A DNA stretch of 64,000 bases. Origin: Macrostomum hystrix (taxonomy: Eukaryota; Animalia; Platyhelminthes). This document shows positions 36,889-48,844 of this stretch, piece by piece (the stretch's first letter is position 1; each line of letters opens with the position of its first letter). Below the pieces are notes generated by a model that was not told where the DNA came from, did not search any database, and saw only the letters and a list, made by a program, of their open reading frames with translations. Location of the stretch: NCBI GenBank assembly GCA_950097015.1, contig CATNEN010000025.1, positions 5,332,001 to 5,396,000 of the forward strand, in the 5' to 3' direction. The translations under genes were made by a program, and so were the position numbers.

Positions 36889-37605
36889 ATATTTCCTCCT
36901 AGTCGCAGCAGTGAAGCGAATAAGCAGGAAGTCTCAATAATTACAGATGAATATTTCCTCCTAGTCGCAGCAGTGAAGCGAATAAGCAGGAAGTCTCAAT
37001 AATTACAGATGAATATTTCCTCCTAGTCGCAGCAGTGAAGCGAATAAGCAGGAAGTCTCAAGGGCCACGATTATACGCGTTTGAAGATGACGGACAAAAC
37101 TTGATTGCAGCTGTGGCGTTGTCAACCGAAGACATTCGGCATTTTCGCAGCAGCCAGGTCCAGCGGAGAGCAGCTGAAGCATAATTGCAGGGAGGGAGGG
37201 GGCAATTTTTCGCAGTTGCTAGGCGAGCATTGCACTGAGAACAACTCATACTGGCCAGTATATCATCCTTTGAGTAGAATGTTTTTTTGCTTAGTTACGA
37301 GCTGAATTCTAACTACGAGCAGAAATTTCACCTGCCTGTCGCTAAGGATTCGCGCCTTTAATTGGCTCGCGCAGGTATCTTTCATGGATGCTCGTCTGCG
37401 ATCATTAGCTGAGGGCTGATTTCCCAAATTTTTGGCTCACTTTGCCATGAGAAATAAAAGTGAGAAGGCTCGGCAGTTTTTCGTGCAATTTTTGGGCCCA
37501 CCATGGACTGAAGGGACTTTAGGATGGTGATTTTAATTAGATTGAAGGAACTGCTGCGACTAGGAGGAAATATTCATCTGTAATTATTGAGACTTCCTGC
37601 TTTTT
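36889..37605. mobile_element. Foldback / MITE-like structure: 62-bp unit x2.7 on the left, inverted ~55-bp copy at ~37545-37605
   Basis: Units start at 36889, 36951 and 37013; the reverse-complement copy reads ACTGCTGCGACTAGGAGGAAATATTCATCTGTAATTATTGAGACTTCCTGCT. Confidence 0.65.
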
Positions 37606-37796
37606 CGCTACACTTTTCCTTCACTCGAGCAAGTTTCTTGGAAAGTTCTTTTATTGAATATTATTACTCTTTCTCGCTTGGATACATAGGAGCCAATATG
37701 CAATTGACTCGACTTTGCGATAGAGGAAAGTACAAGTCCTTAAATTGTTTATTTCCACTTTTTAGAACTTCACTTGTCTTCTTTTGGTGAAGAAGA

Positions 37797-38217
37797 TACA
37801 GTCCATTCAACCTTCAGTCCATTCAACCTTCAGTCCATTCAACCTTTAGTCCATTCAATCTTCAGTCCATTCAATCTTCAGTCCATTCAACCTTCAGTCC
37901 ATTCAATCTTCAGTCCATTCAACCTTCAGTCCATTCAATCTTCAGTCCATTCAACCTTCAGTCCATTCAATCTTCAGTCCATTCAACCTTCAGTCCATTC
38001 AACCTTCAGTCCATTCAACCTTCAGTCCATTCAACCTTCAGTCCATTCAATCTTCAGTCCATTCAATCTTCAGTCCATTCTATCTTCAGTCCATTCAATC
38101 TTCAGTCCATTCAACCTTCAGTCCATTCAATCTTCAGTCCATTCAATCTTCAGTCCATTCAATCTTCAGTCCATTCAATCTTCAGTCCATTCAATCTTCA
38201 GTCCATTCAATCTTCAG
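37797..38217. repeat. 16-bp minisatellite CAGTCCATTCAA(C/T)CTT
   Basis: About 26 units. Confidence 0.95.
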
Positions 38218-38580
38218 GTTCACAATTGTTAGTCCATTCTGTCTCTAGTATATTTAAATTATGTTATCGCAAGCAATAACACGTATTTTTTTATTGAATT
38301 TTGCGTGAATCAGTCGTTAGGATAAAATAGAATCCTGTAGAAAATGGAGTCTGTTTAAAGATTCTAAATTAAAAAAATCGAGCAACAACAATCAAAGGAT
38401 CGTCACAAAAAATGGATAGTCCATATTAAAGATTAATCATGGCTTATATGGATTAAAGTGTTCATATGGGATACATTTGAATATTCATAATTTGCTGGGA
38501 GGGGATAGGTCTTACGAGCTATCAAATCCGCCGCAAGAGTGGTAAGTAGCAATTAGCTCAGTAACTTCACTAGACTCAAT

Positions 38581-39588
38581 TCACTTGCACAGCAGGCACA
38601 AGCTGAACCGAGTTGGTGGGCTTGACCTGCTGTTGACAGACTCACCGGAACCCATGGCACCAGCTCTCCTGCCGGCCTCAGCCAGCGGTGACGTCATCTT
38701 CAATTCGAACTCGTCGCCCTCGCCGCAGGTCTCGTCTCCGTTGAACTGATGCCGATCGTCGACTTCCTCGATGCTGGCCGCCGCCTTGGCGGCCGCACGG
38801 GTCTCCGCAGCCGCAATGGCAGCCGCTTCAGTCGCGCGACGCTGCTCGCCGTAGAAGAAGTCGTCGGAGTCGAAGTTGGCGGCAATTGTGTCCGCGTTGT
38901 GCACCAGCCGACCGTCGGGATCCAGCTCGACGGCCAGGGACCAGGCCGCGCGCGAATCCGCCCACAGACTGCCGGAGCAACCGACGACAGCCATCACGGC
39001 GTTGGCCGCGGCTCCGTTGGCCGCTGCGTCGGGCGTACGTGACCGCCTGCCGGGGCTGCCAGCCGAGCTGCTGCACAGAGACGATCGGACTGATCGGTGG
39101 CTTTCCTGGGTGCCGCCAGCCTCGACGTTGTTCGATGTCGGCGCTGCGCCGAACGTCGGCGACGGAGCCGCCGAAGCGATGGAATTGGCTACTGACGGCG
39201 CCACGGAGGCTCCCACGCGGTCGACCAGGCGGGCGGCGCGGGCCTGCGCAATGGCTGCCAGCTGAGTCGCCTGTGCCAAGGCTGCCAGCGTCTCCTGACT
39301 GTGGCTGCCACCGCCGCTGCCTCTGGCAGCTTCTCTCGCGGCCCGAACGCTGGCTAAAAGACGCTCTGATAGGCGGCACAGTCTGTCTCGACCGCGCTGG
39401 CAATTTAGGCCGAGATCTTGGCTATTGTTTTTAGTGCTGCATCGGCCGCCACCGCCGCCGTAGCCGGTGGCGCCGCCGCCGTAGCGAATGAGGTGAATCC
39501 GCAGCTGGGCCAAGGAGGCCGTCAGCGATCTCAGGCTGCTAGTGAGCTGCTCGCGACTGCCAAGAGGACACACTGAGACCATCGCTGA
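38581..39588 (-). CDS. Orphan Ala/Ser/Gly-rich protein, main exon (about 335 codons)
   Basis: 1-kb GC-rich stop-free frame with composition like the other exons; acceptor gtacag| at 39589; possible upstream exon 41000..40926 (MEGMRPPRGIHC...). No family recognised. Confidence 0.65.
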   Translation of the reverse strand, partial: SAMVSVCPLGSREQLTSSLRSLTASLAQLRIHLIRYGGGATGYGGGGGRCSTKNNSQDLGLNCQRGRDRLCRLSERLLASVRAAREAARGSGGGSHSQETLAALAQATQLAAIAQARAARLVDRVGASVAPSVANSIASAAPSPTFGAAPTSNNVEAGGTQESHRSVRSSLCSSSAGSPGRRSRTPDAAANGAAANAVMAVVGCSGSLWADSRAAWSLAVELDPDGRLVHNADTIAANFDSDDFFYGEQRRATEAAAIAAAETRAAAKAAASIEEVDDRHQFNGDETCGEGDEFELKMTSPLAEAGRRAGAMGSGESVNSRSSPPTRFSLCLLCK

Positions 39589-39654
39589 CTGTACTTTTTG
39601 GCTTGCTAGAATTTTACATGGAAGCGTATTAATGTACTTTTATTTAATAAACTT

Positions 39655-40682
39655 TTTGTTCTGCTGAAGGATCAAGGGTTGTGACTGCCGCACCTGAAGG
39701 ACCAGGGGGTATGACTGCTCCACCTGAAGGATCAGGGGGCATGACTGCTCCACCTTAAGGATCAGGGGTACGACTGCCGCACCTGAAGGATCAGGGTGTA
39801 TGACTGCTGCACCTGAAGGATCAGGGGGCATGACTGCCGCACCTGAAGGATCAGGGTGTATGACTGCCGCACCTGAAGGATCAGGGGGTACGACTGCCGC
39901 ACCTGAAGGATCAGGGTGTATGACTGCTGCACCTGAAGGATCAGGGTGTATGACTGCTGCACCTGAAGGATCAGGGTGTATGACTGCCGCACCTGAAGGA
40001 TCAGGGTGTATGACTGCCGCACCTGAAGGATCAGGGGGTACGACTGCCGCACCTGAAGGATCAGGGTGTATGACTGCTGCACCTGAAGGATCAGGGTGTA
40101 TGACTGCTCCACCTGAAGGATCAGGGTGTATGACTGCTCCACCTGAAGGATCAGGGTGTATGACTGCCTCACCTGAAGGATCAGGGGGTACGACTGCCGC
40201 ACCTGAAGGATCAGGGTGTATGACTGCTGCACCTGAAGGATCAGGGTGTATGACTGCCGCACCTGAAGGATCAGGGTGTATGACTGCCGCACCTGAAGGA
40301 TCAGGGGGTACGACTGCCGCACCTGAAGGATCAGGGTGTATGACTGCTCCACCTGAAGGATCAGGGTGTATGACTGCTGCACCTGAAGGATCAGGGTGTA
40401 TGACTGCTCCACCTGAAGGATCAGGGGGTACGACTGCCGCACCTGAAGGATCAGGGTGTATGGCTGCTGCACCTGAAGGATCAGGGTGTATGACTGCCGC
40501 ACCTGAAGGATCAGGGTGTATGACTGCCGCACCTGAAGGATCAGGGTGTATGACTGCCGCACCTGAAGGATCAGGGTGTATGACTGCCGCACCTGAAGGA
40601 TCAGGGTGTATGACTGCCGCACCTGAAGGATCAGGGGGTATGACTGCCGCACCTGAAGGATCAGAGTGTATGACTGCCTCAC
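39655..40682. repeat. 30-bp minisatellite ACCTGAAGGATCAGGGTGTATGACTGCCGC
   Basis: About 34 units, in the probable intron of the orphan gene. Confidence 0.97.
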
Positions 40683-41759
40683 CTAGGCTGCGTATAGCAC
40701 AATTTTTGTTAGAATTAACCCTTAAAAAGGCTGCTTGCCTGGTTATATAAGCCGCCAGAAATGCGTTGCACCCGATTTTCAGCTTAAATTTGCTTCTTCG
40801 TCAACTTGGCTTAGTGGATATTTCTAAGCACGATCCGAGTGGATTTTAAATGTTTATCCTGGGCGCTACAATTATATAGGGAGAGATTTTGAGAGAGATA
40901 GAGAGAGGACAGGTGAGGAACTGACAGGGTGCTGTGCTAGGATATGGGCGAATGGGATTACAGCGCAGTGAATCCCCCGGGGGGGTCTCATCCCCTCCAT
41001 CGTTGGCGCATCGCTCACACGGTTGCAGCTGAGAAGCAGTCACATAGAGAGACGCGGATGGGGAGGTGAACAGGCAAAAGCAGAAATGAGGACGATTTCA
41101 AAGAAATCTGCTGATCCGTCTGAGATGCGTCCAGCCCCCCCACCCCCACCCCAGCAACCAATGGCGCATCGCGAGCTTAGAACGGATGAAAGATGCCGAG
41201 GGAGAGGGCTCAGAGGCCTTTTTAACCGCCTTCCTCTTTTATATAAATTCGTTTCACATTCATGCAGAGAGTCTCACCGTCTATTCGTCCGTGCGTCATC
41301 GTTTTAGTTGCAGTGAATGTGAGGATCAAAGCGTTCTTGAATGCATTCGACAAGTAAAAGCAGACGGCTTTGGGATTAAAGGATTAAAACGGTGAATATT
41401 TCGGATTTGGGTTAAGCAGTGGAGGTCTAGAATTGCCATATGGTGTGGATTTGGTTAAGTCGATGACTTGCTAACCTCGAAATCAGCTGAAAATGACAGA
41501 AGAAATTTTACTTAGCATCTTATCGGTGTACACTCCTCCTTCTGTTTGCTTGCCGGCTATCAATTTTCTCGTCACTCACATCGTGACAGGGGCCCGTCTT
41601 CTGATCTCGTAATTTAAAACTTCACGTCACAATGCCTCAATGGGCCTTTTGTAGTCGGCTTATTTGGAAAGATTAAAAGTTAAAAGCTTTTCGAATTTAT
41701 TTAGGCGCCAGCAAAATGGGGAAATCGGGCGAAGGAAAGGCAGGGATGCGAGAGAAGAA

Positions 41760-41930
41760 TGGGGGAGAAAATAGATGAGAAGAGGGGAGAGAAGAGGGGA
41801 GAGAAGAGGGTAGAGAAGAGGGGAGAGAAGAGGGGAGAGAAGAGGGGAGAGAAGAGGGGAGAGAAGAGGGGAGAGAAGAGAGGGGAAAGAAGAGAGGGGA
41901 GAGAACTCTAGGGAGAGAAGAGGGAGAGAA
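41760..41930. repeat. GA-rich simple repeat (GAGAAGAGGGG)n
   Basis: Direct inspection. Confidence 0.85.
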
Positions 41931-42289
41931 GAAATGGCAAATATGATCAGGTTGGGGCGGGTTGAATGAAAAGCAATGGAAGGAGTAAAATAGCAGCTTA
42001 CAATTCTTGCAGGCACAGCAGATTAGTTTGCTTTTGAAACTCGATCGCGTGTCATTTGAGCATGATACATGTTTTATACAGCGTTTGAGTTTCTTTTTTT
42101 GTTTAGACTGTCTGAAGCTACTGAAGCTAATATTTGCTAATGCGCCTAAAAGTTTCCATTGTCATGAAGCGACAAAAGCTGCCTCCTTTTTAATGTATCC
42201 GTGTATCCGATTTCCTAGCTTGGATGGACATTAACTTTTTCTAGTTTAATCCGTTTTGTTTAAACGTGCTAATCCGTGCCAGGAAAGTT

Positions 42290-42570
42290 GCGCGCATTGA
42301 AGTAATAGTGTAGTAGAAGGTCGTGGGTTCGATTCCCGACTCCACTGGAACAATTAGTGTCCTTTAGCAAGACACTAAACTCTGCAATACTTCAGTTCAC
42401 CCAGCTGTTAAATGGGTACCAGCATTAGCTGGGGTAATTGAGGGTGGATGCAGCGTCCCCCAGTCCATGGACTGAACAGCTGTACGCAGCCTTCAGATGC
42501 GCGCGCAATATCTAAAAATGTGGTCCAATTGGGCCAGGTGTAATCATTACTTCTATTTTTTTAGTATTAT
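42290..42570 (+). mobile_element. CORE-type SINE, family 2
   Basis: B box GGTTCGATTCC, then GTGTCCTTTAGCAAGACACTAAACTCT...CAGTTCACCCAGCTGTTAAATGGGTAC resembling the CORE domain; related pieces at 17235-17310 (+) and 54955-55135 (-). Confidence 0.78.
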
Positions 42571-42574
42571 TAGA

Positions 42575-42583
42575 TATTGTAGC

Positions 42584-42621
<38 letters not shown>

Positions 42622-42705
42622 CAGTAGTAGTAGTAGTAATAGCAGTAGTAGTAGTAATAGTAGTAGCAGTAGTAGTAGTAGTAGCATTAGTAGTAGTAGT
42701 AGTAG
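42575..42705. repeat. (AGT)n microsatellite, probably the expanded SINE tail
   Basis: Directly follows the CORE-SINE. Confidence 0.95.
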
Positions 42706-42971
42706 TGCTCTATACTATAAGTTGTCTTCGATCTATTCCATCAATTCATGCTATGTTCAACGCCAGCTTTAGCCATAGACAACTTTCAGTACATCGGATG
42801 CAAACTAAAAAGCGGAAAGTAGGCAACACACAGACTCAGTCTCAATCGAACGGAATCGAATTCATGCGAATATGTATCACGTTGAGAAAGTTCCCTACTA
42901 ACCGCTACTCAAAGAGCCCGTCACAAGATAAAGCTGCGGGCGGGCGCACTCATCCGCACGAAAACCTGACG

Positions 42972-43457
42972 ATGAACGCACCTGTCTACGTGCTCATTCA
43001 AACCTGCTACGAGCAGTGGGGTAAATGGCGCAACTATCATCTATTCTGTCTGTTCGCCAGATTCAAAAATGAGAAACGGGTGCGCTTCTCGGTTGAAATG
43101 GTTCTACCCAAGATGGCCTTAGAGATTAGAATAAACGGCAGTATGACTTACTCTCGCCTAATGCGATCAGGATTTGACGACTTTGCCGACCTAACGGACT
43201 TCATCTCCCATCAGATCTTCTGCGCCCTGAATTGCGCCCCCTTTCACCACATCTCCGCCGTTGAGTACGCCAAATTTATGGAAAACTTCCGGCGCCAGGA
43301 CAGCGACTGTGTAGACCAGATCGACATGCGACCGAAGGAGGACACTCGAGGGTCCACCGGTGGCGGAAACACAGCACAGAATAAGAGTTTCACCACACTA
43401 CAGGCTAAGGCTCATCGACGCCAAGCCGCAAGCATTTCAACAACCTTATCCAGCTGA
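42972..43457 (+). CDS. Intronless orphan ORF, 161 aa, unknown function
   Basis: Protein-like sequence (MNAPVYVLIQTCYEQWGKWRNYHLFCLFARF...), GC island in AT-rich DNA, AATAAA at ~43540. The upstream extension to 42705 is low-quality. Confidence 0.5.
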   Translation: MNAPVYVLIQTCYEQWGKWRNYHLFCLFARFKNEKRVRFSVEMVLPKMALEIRINGSMTYSRLMRSGFDDFADLTDFISHQIFCALNCAPFHHISAVEYAKFMENFRRQDSDCVDQIDMRPKEDTRGSTGGGNTAQNKSFTTLQAKAHRRQAASISTTLSS

Positions 43458-44258
43458 ACCTACCTGATTAGATTAATTCAATTGTTCAATTAAAGAACTC
43501 ACACTTTCTCTCATATTAAAACGTCGGTCTGTATGAACAAAATAAACTAAATTTATCGGACGGTCCAATTCATATATTATATTATTCGCTGAAAAAAATC
43601 TTCCACTTTCAGAATCCTATCGGAGAAGCATTAATTTTTTTGTCCCAGTATAAAGTTGCTGAAGCATTCGACTTCGAGACAGACGATGTCGACCGATAAA
43701 GTCCCCGTATTACAGGACATTTGTGCTTCGGGCATGCATGAGTGTGAGACAATGTGATAGCGGAAGAAGATTCTGACAACACTATATGCAGCTTTAAAAA
43801 GGGAGGACGAAGCAACTTATACTGTCAATCGTTTCCTTCCTTTGTTTTTGATTTCTCACCTTCTCATGACGGCGCAATTCTTCTGTTTTCGTCTCTCGAA
43901 ATTATTTTCATCCGCCCTTTTTCCCATTTTCTATAATATTTGAAAAATATGTTTTTTTGGCAGCACCTGAATGCTAACGCTAGTTGGTGTACTGTGATTG
44001 AGCTGTGCCTAGTAGTTCTTGGTAGTTCTACTGTTAACTACGTTGAATATCCATTATACGGTATTGAAACATTGATAGCATATTGCGCGCAAAAAAACAA
44101 CCAGGCTGATGGCGTAAAATGAAAGGACTAGGCTAACAAACTAATGTTTCTTGATAAAATGGACGCTCAAATTATTAATAAATGTGAAAATGCAGGAACG
44201 CCAAAGCATAGCACGAGTAGCACGCATATAGCAGCCGTGTTGACGATTCTTAGGCTAC

Positions 44259-44654
44259 ATCGAACATGCGCGACGGTCGCCTAATAGGCAGCTCCGAACA
44301 TGTTCTTTGTTCCGAGAACATGTTCTTTAAAATTCATAAGGCTACTTAATGTATATTAAATACCGCTAGGTGAAGAAAAAATAATGAAGAAAAAACTATG
44401 CCTTCCTTGGCATGAGGTCAACAAACAAAGACAGAGTTAAACGGCCATACTATGTCTAGTAATATCCTAGTTCACCAGCACTTAACGTACATATTAGCCA
44501 GCAATAGCCTATAGTTTTCTCTCAACTTTTTTTGAGATTTTTTTTTTTTAATATTTTTTTACATTACGAAGCCTTATAAATTAAAGAGAACATGTTCTCG
44601 GAACAAAGAACATGTTCTGATTTGCCCATTAGGCAACCGTCGCGCATGTTTGAT
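44259..44654. mobile_element. MITE-like element with ~95-bp imperfect terminal inverted repeats
   Basis: 44259-44352 is the reverse complement of 44560-44654 with few mismatches; AT-rich non-coding centre; TSD not resolved. Confidence 0.8.
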
Positions 44655-44741
44655 TACCGTTTCTTAGACCCTATCTCTGTCAACACGGGTGCATATAGTG
44701 AAAGATCATCTATCGCGCAGTTCTTGTGCCCGCAGATTGCA

Positions 44742-44805
44742 CAAGGACCACTAGGAGTAATGTACTGTAGTGTAGTGTAGTGTAGTATACTCCTAGTGGT
44801 CCTTG
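44742..44805. other. Perfect 18-bp inverted repeat with a 28-nt loop
   Basis: CAAGGACCACTAGGAGTA ... TACTCCTAGTGGTCCTTG. Confidence 0.85.
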
Positions 44806-47521
44806 AGATTGCAAAGCACTATTAATCCATTTACTGAACCCTGAATAATGAATGAATGAATTAATTAATTAATTAATGCAACATATATAATAATGCTGCG
44901 AGTCATATAGTCTTCAGTAATTGTCTCAACAGACACTGTCTCAATTAGTAGCATAACATAGCAAGGACACACCGTTATAAATAATTGTTAGACTAGATAA
45001 AGTTACACAAATTTTTATTTCTGCTTTTCACAGTTTTTATTTTATTGTAAACGCATATCAACAAATCATGTACTTGCTATTGACCCAGAAAGTTGAATAC
45101 TTTTGTTTACTAGCTTAACTTGTTTACGTATATCTTTAAAAAATTATTTACCGATGAGCGCTATGTGCACGCCGCCATTTTGCTAAGTTGCGTGATCCTC
45201 GAATCTATAAATTACCATGTGTCAGTTTGTCAGTGAGCTGTAAAACGTATCACAATGTCAACTTGAATTAGTAATTCAAGTCTTGTGCTGCATAGACTAG
45301 TGCCTTAGGCCTTATCTAGATTCTCGAAATGTTGTAATTTGAACCACGAGCTGGGCAACTTAGGTCAGGGCACAGTAACCTTAATGGCATTATGTACTTA
45401 ATATTATGAGTTATGTAGTGCGAATTATCAAAAAAATCAGATTAAATTGCTCGCTGTGCAAGTAGGATGAAGAGAAATTCGAAAATCATCATGTAGTATT
45501 CGATTTAATTAGATTAACAACGTGATTTGCACAACTTGTGACAAGTGACAACTTGTGCAAAATGCTTCTTTAATATAATTAAACTGAATAGGCCCTACTG
45601 CTAATTAAATTGATTTTATGCATAAATTATGTGATTTACTGTAAAAAGAAAAAAACAAAATATCTTGACATGTAATCTAAAATAATCAAATTACTGGTAG
45701 GCCTATCTACTAATAGCCATCCACTTTTAGGGACTAAGCCTAAAGTAAACTAATATATATATTTAAAATGAAGACTATTGTGACGAAATTAATGGCAGAC
45801 AGAGTCAGGCAGAATTCCAATATTCCAATTAGAGTCCAGAGTTTGCGTAATCTAATGTAGCGGTAGCAGTTTATCTTATTTATTCTCACTGGGACATACA
45901 ACAAGCAATATAATTAAAGTCAGGTGCAGGAGCTCAATGATGACGATGCAATAGAGAAGACAGTGGATGACAGTAGATAGGTAATGACAGAACAAAACAC
46001 TTGGCAGAACAGTGGGTAAGTAGGTCATAGGTCAGTGAAAGTAACAGTGGCCGGGACAAGAGCAGTGACAAAAGGGGTGGGCCAGTGGTGAAAGTAACAG
46101 TGGCCAGGACAAGAGCAGTGACAAAAGGATTAGGATGGTTGCGGTATGGGCGGGCCCAGGGGGCCTAGTTAAATAAGCTAGCCCACAGTAAAAACAGGGC
46201 GATCAATGATCTAGAGAAACAGAGCATGCACGCTAATTGGCTGAGAGAATTGACATTAGGGGCCTAATGCAACTGTGAGATAAGTTTATGGATAGTGCGA
46301 TGTGCATTGGCGTTTACTTATAGTAACAATCTAAAAAATATATGGAATTGCAAAGTTGGTGACTGCGTAATTACATTTGTTAAACAGCCCAATTCAGTAC
46401 CTCATAAATTAGAACTTCATAGGGGCTCTTGCAGTAAGTGACAACGTGACACTATAATGTATTAAATTATAAACTCTAGATTGCTGCTATTTCTATGCAA
46501 ATTTTTTTACTAAATTTTATAAATTAGTTTTATATTTAAGTTTAAGTTTTATATTTAATATTAGTTAGGAACAAAGCAGAAGTTTATATTAAAAAAATAG
46601 TTTTAAAAATGCTTTGTTACCACTGTAGTCCATTGCTGTCCTGTTGCATTTAGTCTTGACAGACCCTCCACAGATAATTGATTATTAGAGAGCAATTTTT
46701 TATTTGATTCATCAATGCAATGTGCCAAAATATGAGACTTTTCATTACCTTCAGCTTATCAAATGTAGATTGAGTTTATTAAATAATTGGAATATGTGGA
46801 AACACAAAAATAGACCACAGTAGAATGGCAAAAGACTAATGGACTATAGTTGGACTCAAACAATAACTAGTTTTTTATTTTTTAATTTTAAATATGGCTT
46901 TAAAAGCTGCTGATGTCAAGTTTATATTCATTTTAATTTTACTCAATTAAAAAACTTTGATAGTAAAACAATTTATACGAGTACAATGTTGGAGACATGA
47001 AATCATTAGCATGCAAATTGCAGCAAGCTATAGTATTTATAATACTTAATAACTAAGTTTTTTTGTCTCTGTTTTTGTTACATTTTCATTTAGTTTACTT
47101 TTGACTGTGGTAAAAGACTTAAAAGTTTTGTTTCTTTTTGTCTTAAAAACTGTAAATTATGCATAAAATTTTAACAGACTATAAATTACTATTGAAAACA
47201 ATTTAGTAGAAAATATCTCCTAATTGTATTAGGTTGCAAAGCACTGAATGTATATTAATATTTGCTTTTGTATCTTATTAATAATTTAGTGTTTGATAAA
47301 CCAACAAACCATAATACTTACCTTAGAGTACATAAAAGTACTTGTAATTAACATTTTGTCTTATGACTATTTATTTTTATGAGAATTTTGAGACTTTTAT
47401 TATTGGAATCAGCCATTGACTTGGAATGAATGATGCAAAATGCTATGCATCAAAATTAGAAAAATGGTTTATCTTTTTCCTTGCAGCTTTTGCATCACCA
47501 TCTTTAAAAAGAAGCGAAAAT

Positions 47522-47786
47522 ATGCGACCTGATTTTCGAGGCGGCGGACGAGGTGGCTTTCAGGGCGGTCGCGGCGGTGGCGGCGGCAGAGGCGGCCCAC
47601 GCGGTGGCGGCGTAGGGGGTCGCGGCGGCGGCTTTGGCGGTCGCGGCGGTGGCGGCGGCGGCTTCGGTGGACGCGGCGGAGGCGGTCGCGGAGGTGGCAC
47701 TCCGCGCGGACGCGGCGGTGGTCGCGGAGGCGGTCGTGGCGGCTTCGGTCGGAAGACGATTGTCGAGGCGCACCCGAGACACCCAG
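47522..47786 (+). CDS. FBL: Fibrillarin (rRNA 2'-O-methyltransferase), exon 1, GAR/RGG domain
   Basis: MRPDFRGGGRGG...IVEAHPRHP; |gtaatt donor in phase 1. Confidence 0.95.
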
Positions 47787-48004
47787 GTAATTTTAGCCAG
47801 ACATTTTCCGTACTTATTAAAGTTGTATCCAGGCTTTCACGTGATGCAATAGTACACAATATTTTATATTTGTTGGATGATTGTTTTAGCATACTAGAGT
47901 TCTAAAGTGATCAACTTTGTTGATTAAGAACTTCCTTAATAACATTTGTCAGTTAGATTTCAGTTTATAGCAAGTTTAGGTTTTATATCGAATTGTTTAG
48001 GTTT

Positions 48005-48070
48005 AAAATTCGAACTTCGGACCTTTTGATCTGGAAGTCGGAAACTTAAAGCACTGGGCTATAACCGTCC
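48005..48070 (-). pseudogene. Related tRNA-derived head in the fibrillarin intron
   Basis: TAGCCCAGTG...GACTTCCAGATCAAAAGGTCCGAAGTTCGAA resembles 36603-36674. Confidence 0.4.
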
Positions 48071-48161
48071 TAATACTTTTAATATACATGCAGTTTTCGA
48101 TACATACCGCTAAATCGTCAAAAAGCTAATCGTAATTGAAAATCTTCGCCCACCTTCGTAG

Positions 48162-48844
48162 GCATTTTCATCGCTCGAGGCAAAGAGGACGTCCTGGTCA
48201 CTCGCAACCTGACACCGGGCAACACTGTCTATGGCGAGAAGAAGGTATCAGTCGACGGCGAGGAGGCGGGCACCAAGATCGAGTATCGCACCTGGAATCC
48301 GTTCCGCTCCAAGCTGGCTGCCGGCATACTCAACGGCATTGAAAAGATTCACATGCCGCCAGGCTGTCGGGTACTCTATCTCGGCGCAGCCAGCGGCACT
48401 ACTGTTAGTCACGTTAGCGACGTTGTCGGGCCCGACGGCGTGGTCTACGCTGTTGAGTTCAGTCATCGCAGCGGTCGGGATCTGTTGAACGTGGCCAAGA
48501 GTCGCACTAATATAGTGCCAATCATTGAGGATGCCCGGCACCCGCACAAATACCGCATGCTAGTCGGCATGGTCGACTGCGTCTTCGCCGACGTGGCCCA
48601 GCCCGACCAAGCGCGAATTGTGGCCGAGAATGCCAAATGGTTTCTTAAGACGGAAGGCTTTGCCGTGGTGTCAATCAAAGCCAATTGCGTTGACTCCGTA
48701 GCCGCCCCAGAGGCCGTATTCGCCGGCGAGTGCAACAAACTCAAAAGCGAACGATTCAAGCCCAAGGAGCAAGTGACTTTGGAGCCGTTTGAGCGTGGCC
48801 ACGCCATGGTTGTGGCCCAGTTCCGACCTCCGGCTAAGAAATGA
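48162..48844 (+). CDS. FBL: Fibrillarin, exon 2 (methyltransferase domain, stop); 315 aa in total
   Basis: [73 protein letters not shown]. Confidence 0.97.

Noticed and set aside
39762-40750. (MTAAPEGSGC)n and (QSYTLILQVR)n ORFs
   Set aside because: 30-bp tandem repeat open on both strands, lying in a probable intron.
47787-48161. Intronic box C/D snoRNA in fibrillarin
   Set aside because: No convincing RTGATGA/CTGA pair with a terminal stem.
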